Source of the DNA: Rhina ancylostomus
Lineage: Eukaryota
Direction: 5' to 3'
NCBI GenBank assembly: GCA_030265395.1
Contig: JARFYF010000002.1
Location: forward strand, 65,535,043 to 65,599,042
DNA: 64,000 bases
The notes under the pieces are model-generated. The model ran no database searches, was not told the DNA's origin, and saw only the letters and a list, made by a program, of their open reading frames with translations. Made by a program: the position numbers and the translations under genes. Position 1 is the first letter of the stretch, and every line of letters starts with the position of its first letter. This document shows positions 12,217-25,769 of the stretch, piece after piece.

Positions 12217-14899
12217 TATTTATTTTAATTTCATTCAGAACCATGTCACACTTTAGTGGGAGCCTTTGTAAATCTGATATTTGATGAACATAATATAATA
12301 CTAGGCAGGAACAATGCAACTACACACCAGTGAGATAATCATGTTGATTTTAACTTTCATCTTCCCTTTCATTCTTCTACTGATAGCTCTGAACTTATGA
12401 GCCACTTGTTACTAATTTCTCAGTGAGTGGAAATGAACCTTCTGAACTTGTATTTACTTTAGACTGTTTTCAAAGTCTCTGTCAGATTCTTCTTAACCCT
12501 TCACACTTTGCACCAGGTATAGCTCTCATTCTCAGTATTATTTTAATGAATATTTCATTTAACTGCGAGTCTGAATTATTTTGAACAAAATAACTGTTTA
12601 AAAATAACAATGGTTTTATTATTAAAATTTTGCATCAAATTTGATTTTTGTTTATTAATTCCATAATCACTCTCTGGGAGTGCTTGCACAGTTCTATTGT
12701 GTAAGCAGGTTGTGAATATTAATCAGAGCATTGGAATTACAATAATACCTAAACAATTCTCCATTGATTGTTCTGTATCTATGATTATGCTACAGTCATA
12801 ATAACACAAACTATACAGGAGTAATCCCACTCACATTCACTCAGATGATGGTGCATTCAAAAAATGTGATTAAATAGATTAGTATTGGCATTGCTCTGGG
12901 GAAAAATAAGACTGCCATCATTTAATCACTGCTTTTTCAAAGCTCCTCCTTCATATACCTTTGTAAAACTGGCAGGATACTCCATATAGCTTCTAACTGG
13001 AATCACTAATTAATGCACTAACCATGTGGCAAGGCGAATGGTTTCTTTAATTTTGGAAAGTTACTGTAAAGTCCATGACATTGCTATTAGACTCATTTGA
13101 TGGATCACAGAACATGAGAAAAATAGATAATTTCATCAATGAAAACATAAAACAGTTTAAAGATCTGCTCCAACAGCTCAAGATGATCACCAGATAACCT
13201 AAACAGGATATAAAAACTATTCAATCAATGTTCCTCAAAAACATGAAATGAGAAGTGGAAAAAGTTGTTCAATGGTAGATGTATTCCCCAAATCAAATAT
13301 TTGTCCTATAATTAGCAATTATGCAGGACTGTTTGGATTGAGACATACATGGACACAGATAATGGTTCTGATCATGGGTTGCTACCCACCTGGAGAGAGA
13401 AGAATTTCTCCATTTGTGTTCTTGGTACACCCCGAAATTCTTCACAGCTAATGAGGTGCTAGTAAAGAGCAGTCATCATTGTATGGTAGTGGGACATGGC
13501 AGTACAAGACATCAAACAACAATGGAATAAATGGCTAAACAATGATACTGGTTGAATGATAAGTGCCTTCACTTATTCCTAACTTGCAGTCTGCCCCCAG
13601 AACACTCTACACAATCAAGTGTCAGTGTGGCATCAGGGGAAGAATAGGAACTTACCATGTAGCTCTTAAAAGGTGAAATACTCTTCTGCATTCTGTAAAG
13701 TGGAATTATTCTAAGTTAGTGAGAAATTTTGTAGCACTGCCCAATTCCTTTCTCCATTAAGAGCACGCCTCTTGGTTACCTTAAGCAGGATAAAGACTAC
13801 AAAACAAACAAGGTCTGTCCAGTTAGAGATGCTGGCAGCTTCTGTGATGCTAACATTTGAGCCAAGGCACTCTGCCACCAGGAGGTTATTGCTGTTCACA
13901 AAGCCCGGGGCTAAATGTGCAGTGACTGCCAGTAGAGCAGTCATAGCAGCAGATAATGTGGCCAACGGTGTCCTTGCCTCAGCAGTATAAACAAGCAGAA
14001 ATCAGAGAGCCTGCTGTCCCTTCGTCTACAGAGAGCTGACCTTTCCAGAAACTATAGTAAGGAAGGAGTCTTCTTAGATGAAATTAGAGGGTGTTAAAAT
14101 GTTTTTTGAAGCCTCTTTATAGCAAGAGTTGAACTTGAACTTTATTTCAAGAGTTGTTGTGAATGTGGATAATGATGCAACATGTTGTGAGATCAAAAGG
14201 GTTATTAGGAAGATTGACAGAGTGGGTTTGAAGTATCCATAACCATGTACAATTACGCATATGATCCCAAATGTTTTAAAGTCCGTTGCTGCTCGTACTC
14301 AAACAGACCGTGAGCTGCTTGCTATAACAAACAAGATTTGTTATTTTCTAGATGATGTCACAAGAGCCAATAGGAATGAACCAATCTGCATGGCGTGGCA
14401 TTGGCTACATTAGTTGAAACTTCATACACCACATGGCCCTGCCTAACTAAGATAATGATAGTTGGCATGGGTAATTTTCATACAAATCTCCTTTAAATTG
14501 CTCTTCGTACGTGATGTGCAATGACATTGAGAACCTAATTGGACTGTCCATTAAGCTTAGTAAGCAGAATTCTGTTTGAAGCTTGCAATCCCTCTGGGTT
14601 AGAAATTCTATTTTTATACTTTGCACAATAGTATTTTTAACTGAACTGTTTGCTGGGTGCCAACAGGAGCTCCTCAGGAAATTGTGGTGTGATCTTACTT
14701 GGCCCACTGCAGTCATATTATTGGCATACAATGCACAATAGACATTGTATCCTGATACTCTAGTGCAAATTCATGCTTCATGAAAGGCATAGGCCTCTAA
14801 TGCAAGATTAGACCTTAACCACAGAGTTCAGATTTGCAAGATCATAACTTAAAGTGATCTTCCCTTCTTAAATGTCAATCATGCAGTATAGGAGTGAAG

Positions 14900-16500
14900 T
14901 GACACCAGGAATCTTCAAGGTTTGTCATGATGTCCAGCTCCCAGGTAACTCTTGGTGAGGATGTGGAGAGGCTCTAGACAACAAACCTGCTTACCCCAGA
15001 TTCCCCTTGCCCTTTGGAGATGCACAATGCCCATTCTAGTCACCCACTGTAACATGGACAAAAATCAGTCCACTTGGGAGCTGCTGCCTTGAGAACCTGT
15101 GCAGTGGTAGGAGATCATATAGCAGGATCTGGTATATGGGCTTCTTGCACATCCTTCCTGATGAGCACGGCACAGAACATTGTGCATATTACAACATTGC
15201 TCTCACTCAATCTCGCATGAAATTGGCCAAGGTCCCCTATACACCATTTCACTAAGTTAAAAAATTCCTAGGCCCTCTCCCTCCAAACACCACAATGGTT
15301 CAATCCACGTGAAACTTGAAAATTATCTTCTAACCTTGTAGTTTTCAACAGCACATAAAATGGTACCTTGGAGGATGGCGGAGTGCTGTCATGAGGTGGA
15401 AAGTTTGAACATTTTCTTTGGAGATTACTTGCAATAAATAAGGTGTATTCTAAGTGAATGTGAACTTGTATCCATTTTAAGTTATTCTGAAACCTTGTAT
15501 TCCAGGTGCTGAGGTAAGTAATTGCCTTGAATGGTTGCAGTGAAGATGTGTTTGCACCAGATGAGGACAATAGGCTCATCTTCATGAAGTCGGATACCAC
15601 TTCAGGTATCCGACAAACAGTCCCATCCATTATCAGGAGGGAGTGAACTTCTCCATCAGTCCTCAGAGTAACCCACTACAACAGAACTCCTGTGCAACCT
15701 TGCCCTCCAGTAAACTGACACCTGTGGTTCTCCTTTCCCTTGCCTGGCTGAGAGCCACTTGTGCCAGGTGTCTCACCAGGTGCAGATAATGCCTCGAGAT
15801 TATCCTCTAAATTATACAATGTTGACACCTAATCTGGTGTCTGTAGGTGTTAATGTGAGTGACTGTATACCTTCAACTCCACTCTTTTTTTTTGCCTTCT
15901 TCCACAGCCTGGTCCAGTTGCAGTTCTTCAGAATCTGATGGTAATGAGGCAGGGGGAAAGAGCATGGAAATTATTACATATTGTGTAATGAGGAGGAAAT
16001 AGGAAATAAGAATAGCCTCATCTTGAATCGTTGCTGGTTCCCCGTGGACTGCGATCTCCATAGCGGTGGCTCCAATTGCAGTGAGTACCATTTCCTCCGT
16101 AGGGAAGGGGATACTGCTGGTCGCATTCTCATGGTTAGTCTTGCTGTCTCCAATTATGTGCAACCTCCTCCTGCAAGAGGAAGGTAAAATGTGTTAGCGA
16201 GGGTCATGCAATGATCCCATGTGGGATGTGAATACCGTGGTTCAAAAGCAGGCAGCACGTGCATATTGCGAGATGTGGACATGATGCTTACAGCGTGCTA
16301 AAGGTGCAACGGATTGACTGAATGTTGGTTACCTTCTCATAGCAGCAATTGTAGCCGCATGAGTAATGAGACTGTGGGTTATTGAGCAGTGTGTGAGGTT
16401 CATAGTGTTGTTGATGGGATACGGCAGTTAAAAGAGGATCCATTGATATGTCATGTGCCATGTCATTGCATTTCTTTGCAGTGCTGCATCCACTTCATTG
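14900..16500 (-). mobile_element. Decayed PIF/Harbinger transposon Myb/SANT-like ORF (multi-exon remnant)
   Basis: Minus strand 16495-16450 reads tggatgcagcactgcaaagaaatgcaatgac, resembling the 'WxQCRKKxND' SANT helix. After acceptor cttcctcttgcag comes EEVAHNWRQQD*, then IPFPTEEMVLTAIGATAMEIAVHGE, like the 'KVAHNRR..TGGG..LT..EE.VL.IIG' segment of Harbinger Myb proteins. Left boundary uncertain. Confidence 0.5.
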
Positions 16501-16519
16501 AGGCTTGAGTTCCAAAACC

Positions 16520-16650
16520 AAAGTCAAAGTTGAGTTTATTGTCACTTCCACAAGTACATGTGTGCACAGGTGCAACGAAAAACTTACTTGCAGCAGCATC
16601 ACAGGCACATAGCTACAAGCAGCATTCACAAGAAAAACATAAACATAAAG
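16520..16650 (-). mobile_element. Rex1/Babar LINE 3' tail fragment (subfamily 1)
   Basis: agtcaaagttgagtttattgtcac...aaaaacttacttgcagcagcatcacaggcacat matches 5410-5520. Confidence 0.75.
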
Positions 16651-18309
16651 CACTGCAGATCCACATTCAGCATGGACTGCTACATCTTTATAGTCCTGCT
16701 ACTTTTATTGGCTCTCAGCAAATAGATTACATCTCACCTAAAATGGGATGAATGAATCTAATATAAAGACATGGTGGAATGTTAAAGAGAGTTTGGCATA
16801 TTGCAAACTGTTCAATTTAGGTTGTACCAGCACCTTGCCTGGGGATGGTCATGCACTTTTAGTGAGAAAGGTCCAGCAGTAGATATGACAGCTGCTGTAA
16901 AGAGTCGTCTGAAGACTGAACATGAAGGACTGTTCATCTGTAAAAAGATGAGCAATGCAAAAGAACCCCCCAACACCTCTAATTGGAGGAACCAGTGTTC
17001 AGCAGGAAAGTGTATATACATGTCAGCATTAAAAGCATGAAGCTAATAAGGTACAGAACCTAGGTTATGCTGCGCTGCTCATTATATTGCTCATGTGGTC
17101 CCCGTGGTAACTTCTGTCCACCTAATGATAATCATACTTATACTCACCAATTGCCTGGTGACTAACCATTAGCTATTCTANNNNNNNNNNNNNNNNNNNN
17201 NNNNNNNNNNNNNNNNNNNNNNNNNNNNNNNNNNNNNNNNNNGCACACATCCAGGAACTCAAGTTTAAGCTTTAACAAACTGAGCCTGGTTCTCTGGAAA
17301 AAGATAATTGAGATGAGTACCTTATTGCAGCTATGTTACACAAAATCTGCAAACATGGTGCATATTTTGCAGTAGCTTACCTTGAAAACAAATCTGCATT
17401 TTATCAAATAATATTCACTCAGACTTTTGGCTTTTACCATTTTCTCCTTAAGTTCAGAAACAAATTCTCCAGATCATTTAAAGTGGAATGAACATATTTC
17501 ACTACTCTGTGTAAAATGTACATCAGTTTGTGTGTTCACCATGGCGTTTTCCATCAATTAATGCTGTATCTGCCCCCTTTCATGCGTATCTTGTAACTTC
17601 TTCTGAATGACTAGCCTTTGAATGTAGAATGTTTGATCATTGCCAGATGGGTCTCAATGGAAAGTACCTGGGATTAAAACAACCATAAATGCTAGGCCTT
17701 GAATTGGAGTCTTGCTCCCCCTTTCTGTGGTCACTTTGACCTTTTGACCTTTTTTGGGGGGGGGGGAGGTAATGGGGATGAAACTTGATATCAGAAAGCA
17801 AATTGAGTTAGGTGTGAAAATGAGCCACTAATGTATTATCAACAAGAAACACTTACATAGTGCCTTAAAAGTCAGAAAATATCCTAAGGTTCTTCACAAA
17901 AAGTACAAACAAAAATTGACATTGTGCCAAGGAAGCTGAGAAGTAAACAAAGAGGAATATCCTAAAAGAGAGGGAGCAAGGCAAAAAGAAGACTTTAGGA
18001 ATTGCTCAAGGGAAAGCAGGACGGACAAGTAGCCAGAAATGAGAAGGCCAGTGCCACTAACAGAATGAAGTAAACAATCAGGAAATCTGATATTGGGGTT
18101 GTTAGTTTAGGGATAAGTGTTGACAAGGTCATTGGGAAGAACTCCCCAGCTCTTTTCTGAATAATGCCATGTGCTTTTATATCTTCATCACTACAAGCAC
18201 AGAAGGGATGTTGATTTAACGTCATAAATGGTGCAGAGAAATAGATCTGGAACATTGCTTCAAACTAATCTGTAATAGCTAGACACGGATAACACATTCA
18301 CATTTGGAA

Positions 18310-18775
18310 CAAGAACAACACTAGAAATGCTCAGCAGATCAGGCAGCATCAGTGGGAAGGGGAAGAGGGACAATGTTTTCAGTCATTAGAAATGAAAAAT
18401 GTGAGCAATAGCAGGTTTTGAGTTGCAGGGAAAGCGACAGGTGAAGAGAACGAAAGGAATGTTTGTGATAGGGTGCAGACCAGAGTTGTCAAGGTGACAA
18501 TTATTTTAAAAAACAGCAATAAGGGACAGGAAAAAAAAGCAAAGAAATAAATTGAAACAAAGATATTGCCACATCTCTGAAGAAAAGGAGTCTGCTTCCC
18601 AAAATTGTTAGATTAAATATTAAGCCCCAAGGGCTTCAATGTTCCTCAAGCTTACGTTGGGCATCATTAGAGTAATGTAGAAATCTGAAGACAGAGGTCA
18701 GAGTGGAAGTGGGGCAAAAAATTAAGGTGACAGGTGAGTGGAAGCTCCAGGATGCCTTGCAGACTGAATAGTGAT
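18310..18775 (-). mobile_element. Penelope-like element remnant (pseudo-LTR plus GIY-YIG C-terminal region)
   Basis: ctagaaatgctcagcagatcaggcagcatcagtgg terminal motif. tgttcctcaagcttacgttgggc and gacagaggtcagagtggaagtggggcaaaaaattaaggtg reverse-translate to decayed 'RKLEEH' and 'H.N...HFHSDLCL' segments. Confidence 0.65.
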
Positions 18776-18789
18776 TAAGACATGTGAGT

Positions 18790-19230
18790 TCTGTCTTGTA
18801 GGTAGTACACATTGCAACATGGTACCCAAATGTTGGAAAGATAAATGTTTAAGGTGGCAGATGGGAAGCTGATCAAGCAGCGTTCTTTTCCTGGGAGATG
18901 ATAAGTTGATTGAGTATTAGAGATGTATTCATCCAGAAGAGTATTCCTTCACACTCCTGGCTTGTCCCTTGTAGATTGTGGAAAAGAATTGGGGATACAG
19001 GAGCAGAATCACAAACCTGACCTGCTCTTCTAGCCACAGTATTTATATTTTCAATCTCTCATCATTGTTGATCATAGATACTGATGGTTGGGCTTTCAGT
19101 GACAGTAATACCACCTCAAAAGGAGGTGGTTCAAAACCTTCCATGCAATACCTATCAGTCCAAGCCTAAGTATAATTCAGGGCTTGCTTCATGTGGGTAC
19201 TGATTGCTTCAATATTTGAAGAAATGCAAG
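18790..19230 (-). mobile_element. Old CR1/L2-group LINE ORF2 fragment
   Basis: gagtattccttcacactcctggcttgtcccttgtagat reverses to IYKGQARSVKEYS, a decayed 'IYKAQVRSVMEYS'. Probably the same family as 43860-44150. Confidence 0.5.
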
Positions 19231-19382
19231 TGAACGAAAGATCTGTACTTTCACAGACTCAGCATGTGCCAAATCACCTTAAAGCCAATGAAATATTTTT
19301 AAAGTGTAATAGCCGTTGTAGTGGGGGAAATACCACATCTAAAGTGCTCCAACGAACAGCCAGTGTTAATAATGGTGGTGAA

Positions 19383-19487
19383 AGAGAAACAAAGGACTAC
19401 AGATGCTGGAATCTAGATGAAAAACACAATGATGCTAGAGGAACTCAGCAGGCCAGACAGCATCCGTGGAGAAAAGCAGGCGGTCAA
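19383..19487 (-). mobile_element. Penelope-like pseudo-LTR end, running into a gap
   Basis: ctacagatgctggaatct...gctagaggaactcagcaggccagacagcatccgtgg, the reverse complement of the motif at 63610-63655. Confidence 0.7.
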
Positions 19488-22400
19488 NNNNNNNNNNNNN
19501 NNNNNNNNNNNNNNNNNNNNNNNNNNNNNNNNNNNNNNNNNNNNNNNNNNNNNNNNNNNNNNNNNNNNNNNNNNNNNNNNNNNNNNNNNNNNNNNNNNNN
19601 NNNNNNNNNNNNNNNNNNNNNNNNNNNNNNNNNNNNNNNNNNNNNNNNNNNNNNNNNNNNNNNNNNNNNNNNNNNNNNNNNNNNNNNNNNNNNNNNNNNN
19701 NNNNNNNNNNNNNNNNNNNNNNNNNNNNNNNNNNNNNNNNNNNNNNNNNNNNNNNNNNNNNNNNNNNNNNNNNNNNNNNNNNNNNNNNNNNNNNNNNNNN
19801 NNNNNNNNNNNNNNNNNNNNNNNNNNNNNNNNNNNNNNNNNNNNNNNNNNNNNNNNNNNNNNNNNNNNNNNNNNNNNNNNNNNNNNNNNNNNNNNNNNNN
19901 NNNNNNNNNNNNNNNNNNNNNNNNNNNNNNNNNNNNNNNNNNNNNNNNNNNNNNNNNNNNNNNNNNNNNNNNNNNNNNNNNNNNNNNNNATGCATTTTTG
20001 AATATAATGATAGCAATATGAAATTATTTAATTGGAAAATTCCATGTAATACAGTCAGAACTTTAAAAAATGAACAGTCACTGAGAGGTATACAGAAACA
20101 GCTAAAAATCTATCATATTGGAAGCAGTAAGTGGTACATATAATGATCAAAACTCAGGGCTACAGCAAAAATAAACATTCACAGAGACACTATCACAAGG
20201 GCACAACGTATTTCTTTTTCTTGTAGCATTCAAATCAAAATACCTCTTTCATTCTCAAAACACTTTCTCAGATCTGAAATTATCAAATGATTAATTCTCA
20301 GCACTGCATAAAGAAGAAATAAAAAAATCTGCATTATCTTAAGGGATGTCAAGTGACTCATTTCTGAAACGAATTTGATAACCATTGCTGGTACATAGAG
20401 TAATAGAATGGAGTTATAGAAACTTAGGGCATGAAACAGGCTCTTCAGCCTACTGGGTTTGCATTGACCATCAGGCATCCATTTACACTAACATTCAATC
20501 ATTAAGTTTTAATACAGATTTTGAGAAACCTGTCTCAAAATGCTCTCTCGAAAAGCCTAATTTTGGTAATCTCTTTTGTTTTTTAAAGATTATTTGAATG
20601 CACTCTTCAAGCCAAAGTTGACTATATATGGGTATATTCTCAATTCTGTTCATGAAAGAAAGTAAAATATTTTCACAGTGTATACAGAGTATATACTTGA
20701 CTGTATTGATGTTTTAATTGTTGAATTTTCTCAGAGTCCTCATCATTGCTTGAAGGATGAGGGTTCTCCAAGTTTTCCGACTGTTCCATATGACCCTCCA
20801 GAAATGGTGGAGTCTAAGCTGGGGCAAAGCAGAGAAAGAGCCATGTGGCTGATGTTGGTAAACACTATCCTCGTGCTTCTTTTATTAACATGATCTGGCA
20901 TGGCACCAACTACAGCAGAGTGTGATTATCTTGCAGATCACGTGTATTGAACACAAACAGACAGGCGACTGAGGGAACTGAGCCAATTCCTGTCCATCAA
21001 CAGCAGCTGCCATTACCAAGGTGACGGAGACTAACAATGAGCTAACAATCTGCAAGGAAAACGACCCATTGTTTCTCAAATCCTCAAGTTATGTGTTTTT
21101 TTCTTTAAAAAGAATATATATGTGCTCACTACTTGTCACACTTCCAAGGCTTTATTTCTACAACTTTAAAAATAAAATCTGGACAATAATTCAGAACCTT
21201 TGTTTCATGTTGAGTTATATTTTCTTTCGGTAAACATCATTGTACGCTGCGTTGAAAGATCTGGATACTAAATTTGGAGATGTATTTCTAAATCCAACTA
21301 AACTTAGAATGCGATTTCATTGTGACTGTGCAATTTTGAAACTTTGCACTTTAGTTATTATATGGGCCATATAATTTACTGATACCTAGCAAAAGGTGAT
21401 GCAAGACCTTTATAATAACAGACCACTAATGATCACGTAAAAATAATTAGAGGTTTAATTATTTGGGATTTTTTTTAAATCAGAAGAATTGCAACATTTT
21501 TGTCATGAAGATTTCACGTGGAAATGGTATGTTGTGATGCCATGTCATGCCTGGTGTTTTCAAACATAAATAAAAGGTTTGCCAAACAGACTTTTCATTA
21601 AGTTGTTACCTCTTTACGGAAGCAGTGACCTGCAATCGTCATATAATTAAACACCTGTCACATTTGGGAGGAGCTAAAACTATTTCATCAACAAACGGTG
21701 TGGGGTGTTTAGAAGTCTTCATGCACGCCAGATCTTGGCAGCATTGAGGTAACTGAGATAGCCACCAACAAGTTATCTTACATCCGCTCTGCAGTAGTAA
21801 CAGGTAGTCAGAAATGTGTCTCTACTTCTGTAAACTTTTGTACAATAGCAGCTAATTAAAAGAACTGATTTTGTTGTTTATTCATCAGTGAAGAGGAAGT
21901 ACACCAGTAGTAGAAAAGTAAATCCCACACCCCGCATCTTTCTTGGGCTTCAGTTCCTCCCACGGTGTCACTGCTTGGATAAGGCAGATCAACACAGGCA
22001 TTGAGAGTGAGCAGTGGTGTGTTTTTTATCATGGAAATGAGAGCAGAGGTGGAATGGTGAAATGAGGAGCTTAAGCTGGTAAAAGATTGACCTCAATTCA
22101 GAAAACATTTCCCTGATTTGACACTCCTACATTCCTGCTGATAAGAGAACCACATTCACAAATAACATTATGTTGTTCTCAAAATTTCACTGAGAGTATT
22201 AGCATAGTATCATTTCATAGCCATTATGTTTTATCATTTTATGCCAAGTCAGAAAGGACAACAGCACCCAAGGTAAGTTCCCATTTTTTTGGCACATTTT
22301 AGGGAATGGCACTGGTGGTTTACCAGCTGCTGTTTTTTTGGATCAAATCTTCCAAAAGCATATACATGCATTTTTCCACTTGACTTGGGCAAGTGTATCC

Positions 22401-23485
22401 TGCTCTGCTACAAACCCACTCCAACTTATCAAACCAATGGCTTTGGGTTTTGAATCCAGCCCCATCTCTTCCGATGGCTTCTACAAATGAGTTCCACACT
22501 CTTAAGATGAGACCTGATGTCTTGTCCTTCCTTTCTCACTCATATTGGACAAACTTGCTTATACTTAACATGTGCAATTATTTCAGCCCATATAAGAAAC
22601 TTCCAGGCAACAGGACACAGCAGGTACCCAGTTTTATCTATTCTTTGCTCTTTTTATATATTTCTTTCTTCTTGGCCCTGAACGTTTTCACTGGTAGAAG
22701 ATAGGATAAAGAACCAGATAAGCAGCATATAGACTGGTTGCTGGCCACCAGATGTGGGTGTCCCAGAATCCAAACTAAAACAACACAACATAAAAAGCAG
22801 CCTAAGAACAACAATCATTTGGCGGGAACTTGTTGTTTCTGATTCAGTATAAACAAAAAAAGTTCTTTAAATTGTGGAGAAGAAATGATTTGTGTTCTTT
22901 AACAGCATTCTGTCTCTGAACCATCTGCTGTTAAGGTGCTTTAAAACTCAATAACAGCAAACTTCCTTTAACACCATTTGTCTCTGCCATCTGCTATTAT
23001 GAGGGCTCTAAACTGATGTTAACATGGAACTGGGAAACTGCCCCAGGAGATGGTATTTCTTGCCTTGCATGAATGTCACAATAACTCACGCAGACAAAAC
23101 TACCTCCTCAAATTCTCTGCTGTCAGTGATTCCCTAAGGTCATGGGTAAGGCCAGCTGGTTCATGATGCTTGGCTGCCAATATTTGAAGGAAAAAGATCA
23201 GGCATGATTTTGTTGAATTCTGGAGCAGCCGCCAGAGACCGAGTGGGCTGCCGCTGTTTCTTATGATAGTCACTGTGAATTGCCAGATGAGTAATAAATC
23301 TGCTCTACATGCACCGCAAGTATGAATGAACGATAAATAAGAATTGCAACCCTCTTTTCCTTCCCTAAACAAGCAGCGTAGAATGCTGCATTCCAAACAA
23401 TCAAGAGGTATTGTCACAGTACAGAATGGTGATTATAATACAGAGCAGTGATATCACAGCACAGGTCCTCCCCAGATTGTGACCT

Positions 23486-23632
23486 GGGCATGGTAGTGTA
23501 GTGGTTAGCATAACGCTATTACAGCACCAGCGACCTGGTTCAATTCCCATCACTGTCTGTAATGAGTTTTTACATTCTCCCCATGTCTGCATGGGTTTCC
23601 TCTCGGTACTCCGGTTTCCTCCCACATTCCAA
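23486..23632 (+). mobile_element. V-domain tRNA-SINE, 3'-truncated (head plus V-domain)
   Basis: gggcatggtagtgtagtggttagc...ggttcaattccc...ggtttcctcccacattccaaa, then homology to the other copies stops. Confidence 0.8.
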
Positions 23633-25769
23633 ATTATCATATGGACAAACAGTACATACGAATGGGTGTTTGGGAGACCAGCGGGATGGATTTGTCGGCT
23701 GCTGCGGAGCTGCAGGCATCTTCTGCTGCGTGGGAACAGGGCATTTCTGTGTTCCTTCTCTGCCTTACCCTCCTTCCCACCCAAACCGCAACATTTACCC
23801 TCACTGAATCACAACAATGGGGGGCTGGGTCAAACCGAGCAGAGCTGGGAGTCCTGAGCAGACTTATTTGCTCACTCATTAGGCCTGTGGCGCCAACTGG
23901 CGGCTGCTCTCCCCACAGCCACTCACTCTCGTCTCACCTGTTTTTGTGATCCTCTCCCACACACTTTTTTGTTCATTTCCAACATACCAACAGTTCACAG
24001 GAACAGAACCCTGTTGTAACCTAGGGACTGACTGTACAGGCAAGTGATTATCGCAATACAGACCAGTGATAAAAGTTTATCAATCCATATTATTGCCCAA
24101 AAAAGAATGCTATTTGCTCAACTTCAAAAGGTGCATAAAAGCAAGAGTTCATTGACTTGATAAGTAGCGGCTCATCACGGGGAGACTGTGTTACAGCCTA
24201 GAGTTGGAAGAAATTTTCCCTCATTGACAATTAGGACACACTTGAGAAGCTTAGGTTGAGGTCAATTGTTTCTCTCGGGCTTTTCAGTCAAGTTATTTTA
24301 CAGAGCAGCAGTGAACCAATGTTTCAACCATTATCAAGTAGGTAGAAACAACATTAAAAGATTTCCAGGAATATGTCTTCTCAGTATCTAACGTCTTGTA
24401 TGCTAAGAAGTCTATCAGGTGTCACTCAATGCATCCCTCTCACACTACTTTTTTTTCCCTTCCCACCTTTTTATTCTTCTCCCAGGATTGATGTCTTATG
24501 CTGTGGACAAGCTGCCCATTTTGTTCACCAAGCAGCCGTTTTGTGTGTTAGCATCTGTGGAGAGCTGATGGCCTTTCCTCATGTGCAGTACTTTAAACAT
24601 ATCAGTTGCAAAATAGAATGCCAGAAGGCACTGTCCCTCACAGGTTATTGAAATAAAAAGCCATATTGTCATCGTTGCACAAAATCCCAAAGAGTTCTAA
24701 TAAACACCGTGGAACTTGGGAAGGTAATTTTTGCCTCACCTCAGTTCTAGTGTTGTGTCAGGCGTCAGCTATTCAGGAAACACAGGGTATTTGCTGAGAT
24801 TTAGTAGCAGTCTGCCCTATACTCGCACAATTGTTGTACCATGGTCAAAGTAGAAAGTGCAATCAATATCCCTAAAATACTTGTGCAGTTAAACAGCAAT
24901 CTTATTGCTGATGATTTTAAGAACAGCCAATTAGAATTCTACCCCGCAATCCAATCATGCAAATTTATTAAAATAACAGCTATCACCTACCACAGTACTA
25001 ATCTGTGATCAATCCAAACTTGTAACCAATTGGTTACCTAGCACAATGATAATGGTGTGCTTTATGCTTTAATACACATCAGCAGTTTGCCTCACAAGAT
25101 GCTACAAGGGTCTTCACAGCCAGCTTCCTGCAAATGGGGCAAGTAATTTATAGCCTCATTCTGAGCCCTTGCAATTACCTGCATTACTGAAATCATCCAA
25201 TATGATTTTACATAGGCATACCTGACAGACCTTTCTCAAATAAATCAACTGTATCATTGAACACATTGACATTCCTCCTGACAAACCCCTACTAGCCTGT
25301 AAAGCAATCTGGAACAGGTGCAGCATTTATAAGTTAGGTATTACAGGCAGACGATTCCCCGACCCCACAATTGCATTGTCACTCATTCTTCAAATATAGA
25401 GTGGATGGATGTCTGTATGTCAATGTCATTATAAGATACTTACACACACACACGACTGATGTCATTATAAAATGTTCCATTCACAAGTCACTAACGTCAT
25501 TATAAGATACTATACACACATACGCACCTCTCCCCCACCCCCCAGCAATGATTTACCATTTACTTCTGCTAAGGAAACCGCTGAAACAACTTAAATGCTT
25601 TGTTCAATTTAAGACTAATTTTAGGCAGTTTAGGATGATGAACCAAATTGTACTATCTGCTTGTCAAAAATCATCAGATGTATTTTGGAAAGACTTCATT
25701 ATCTTGCAACACATTCAGCCATCTTTCATGAATTACAATCCCAAGGCTAGAGGCACCATAACAAAATGA

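Noticed and set aside
13581-13614. 34-bp fragment of the type A SINE (ctgcccccagaacactctacaca)
   Set aside because: Too short to interpret beyond a SINE remnant or filler DNA.
17755-17768. G homopolymer (and C run at 41576-41597) as G-quadruplex elements
   Set aside because: Simple mononucleotide runs with no functional context; the C run lies in a CR1 fossil.
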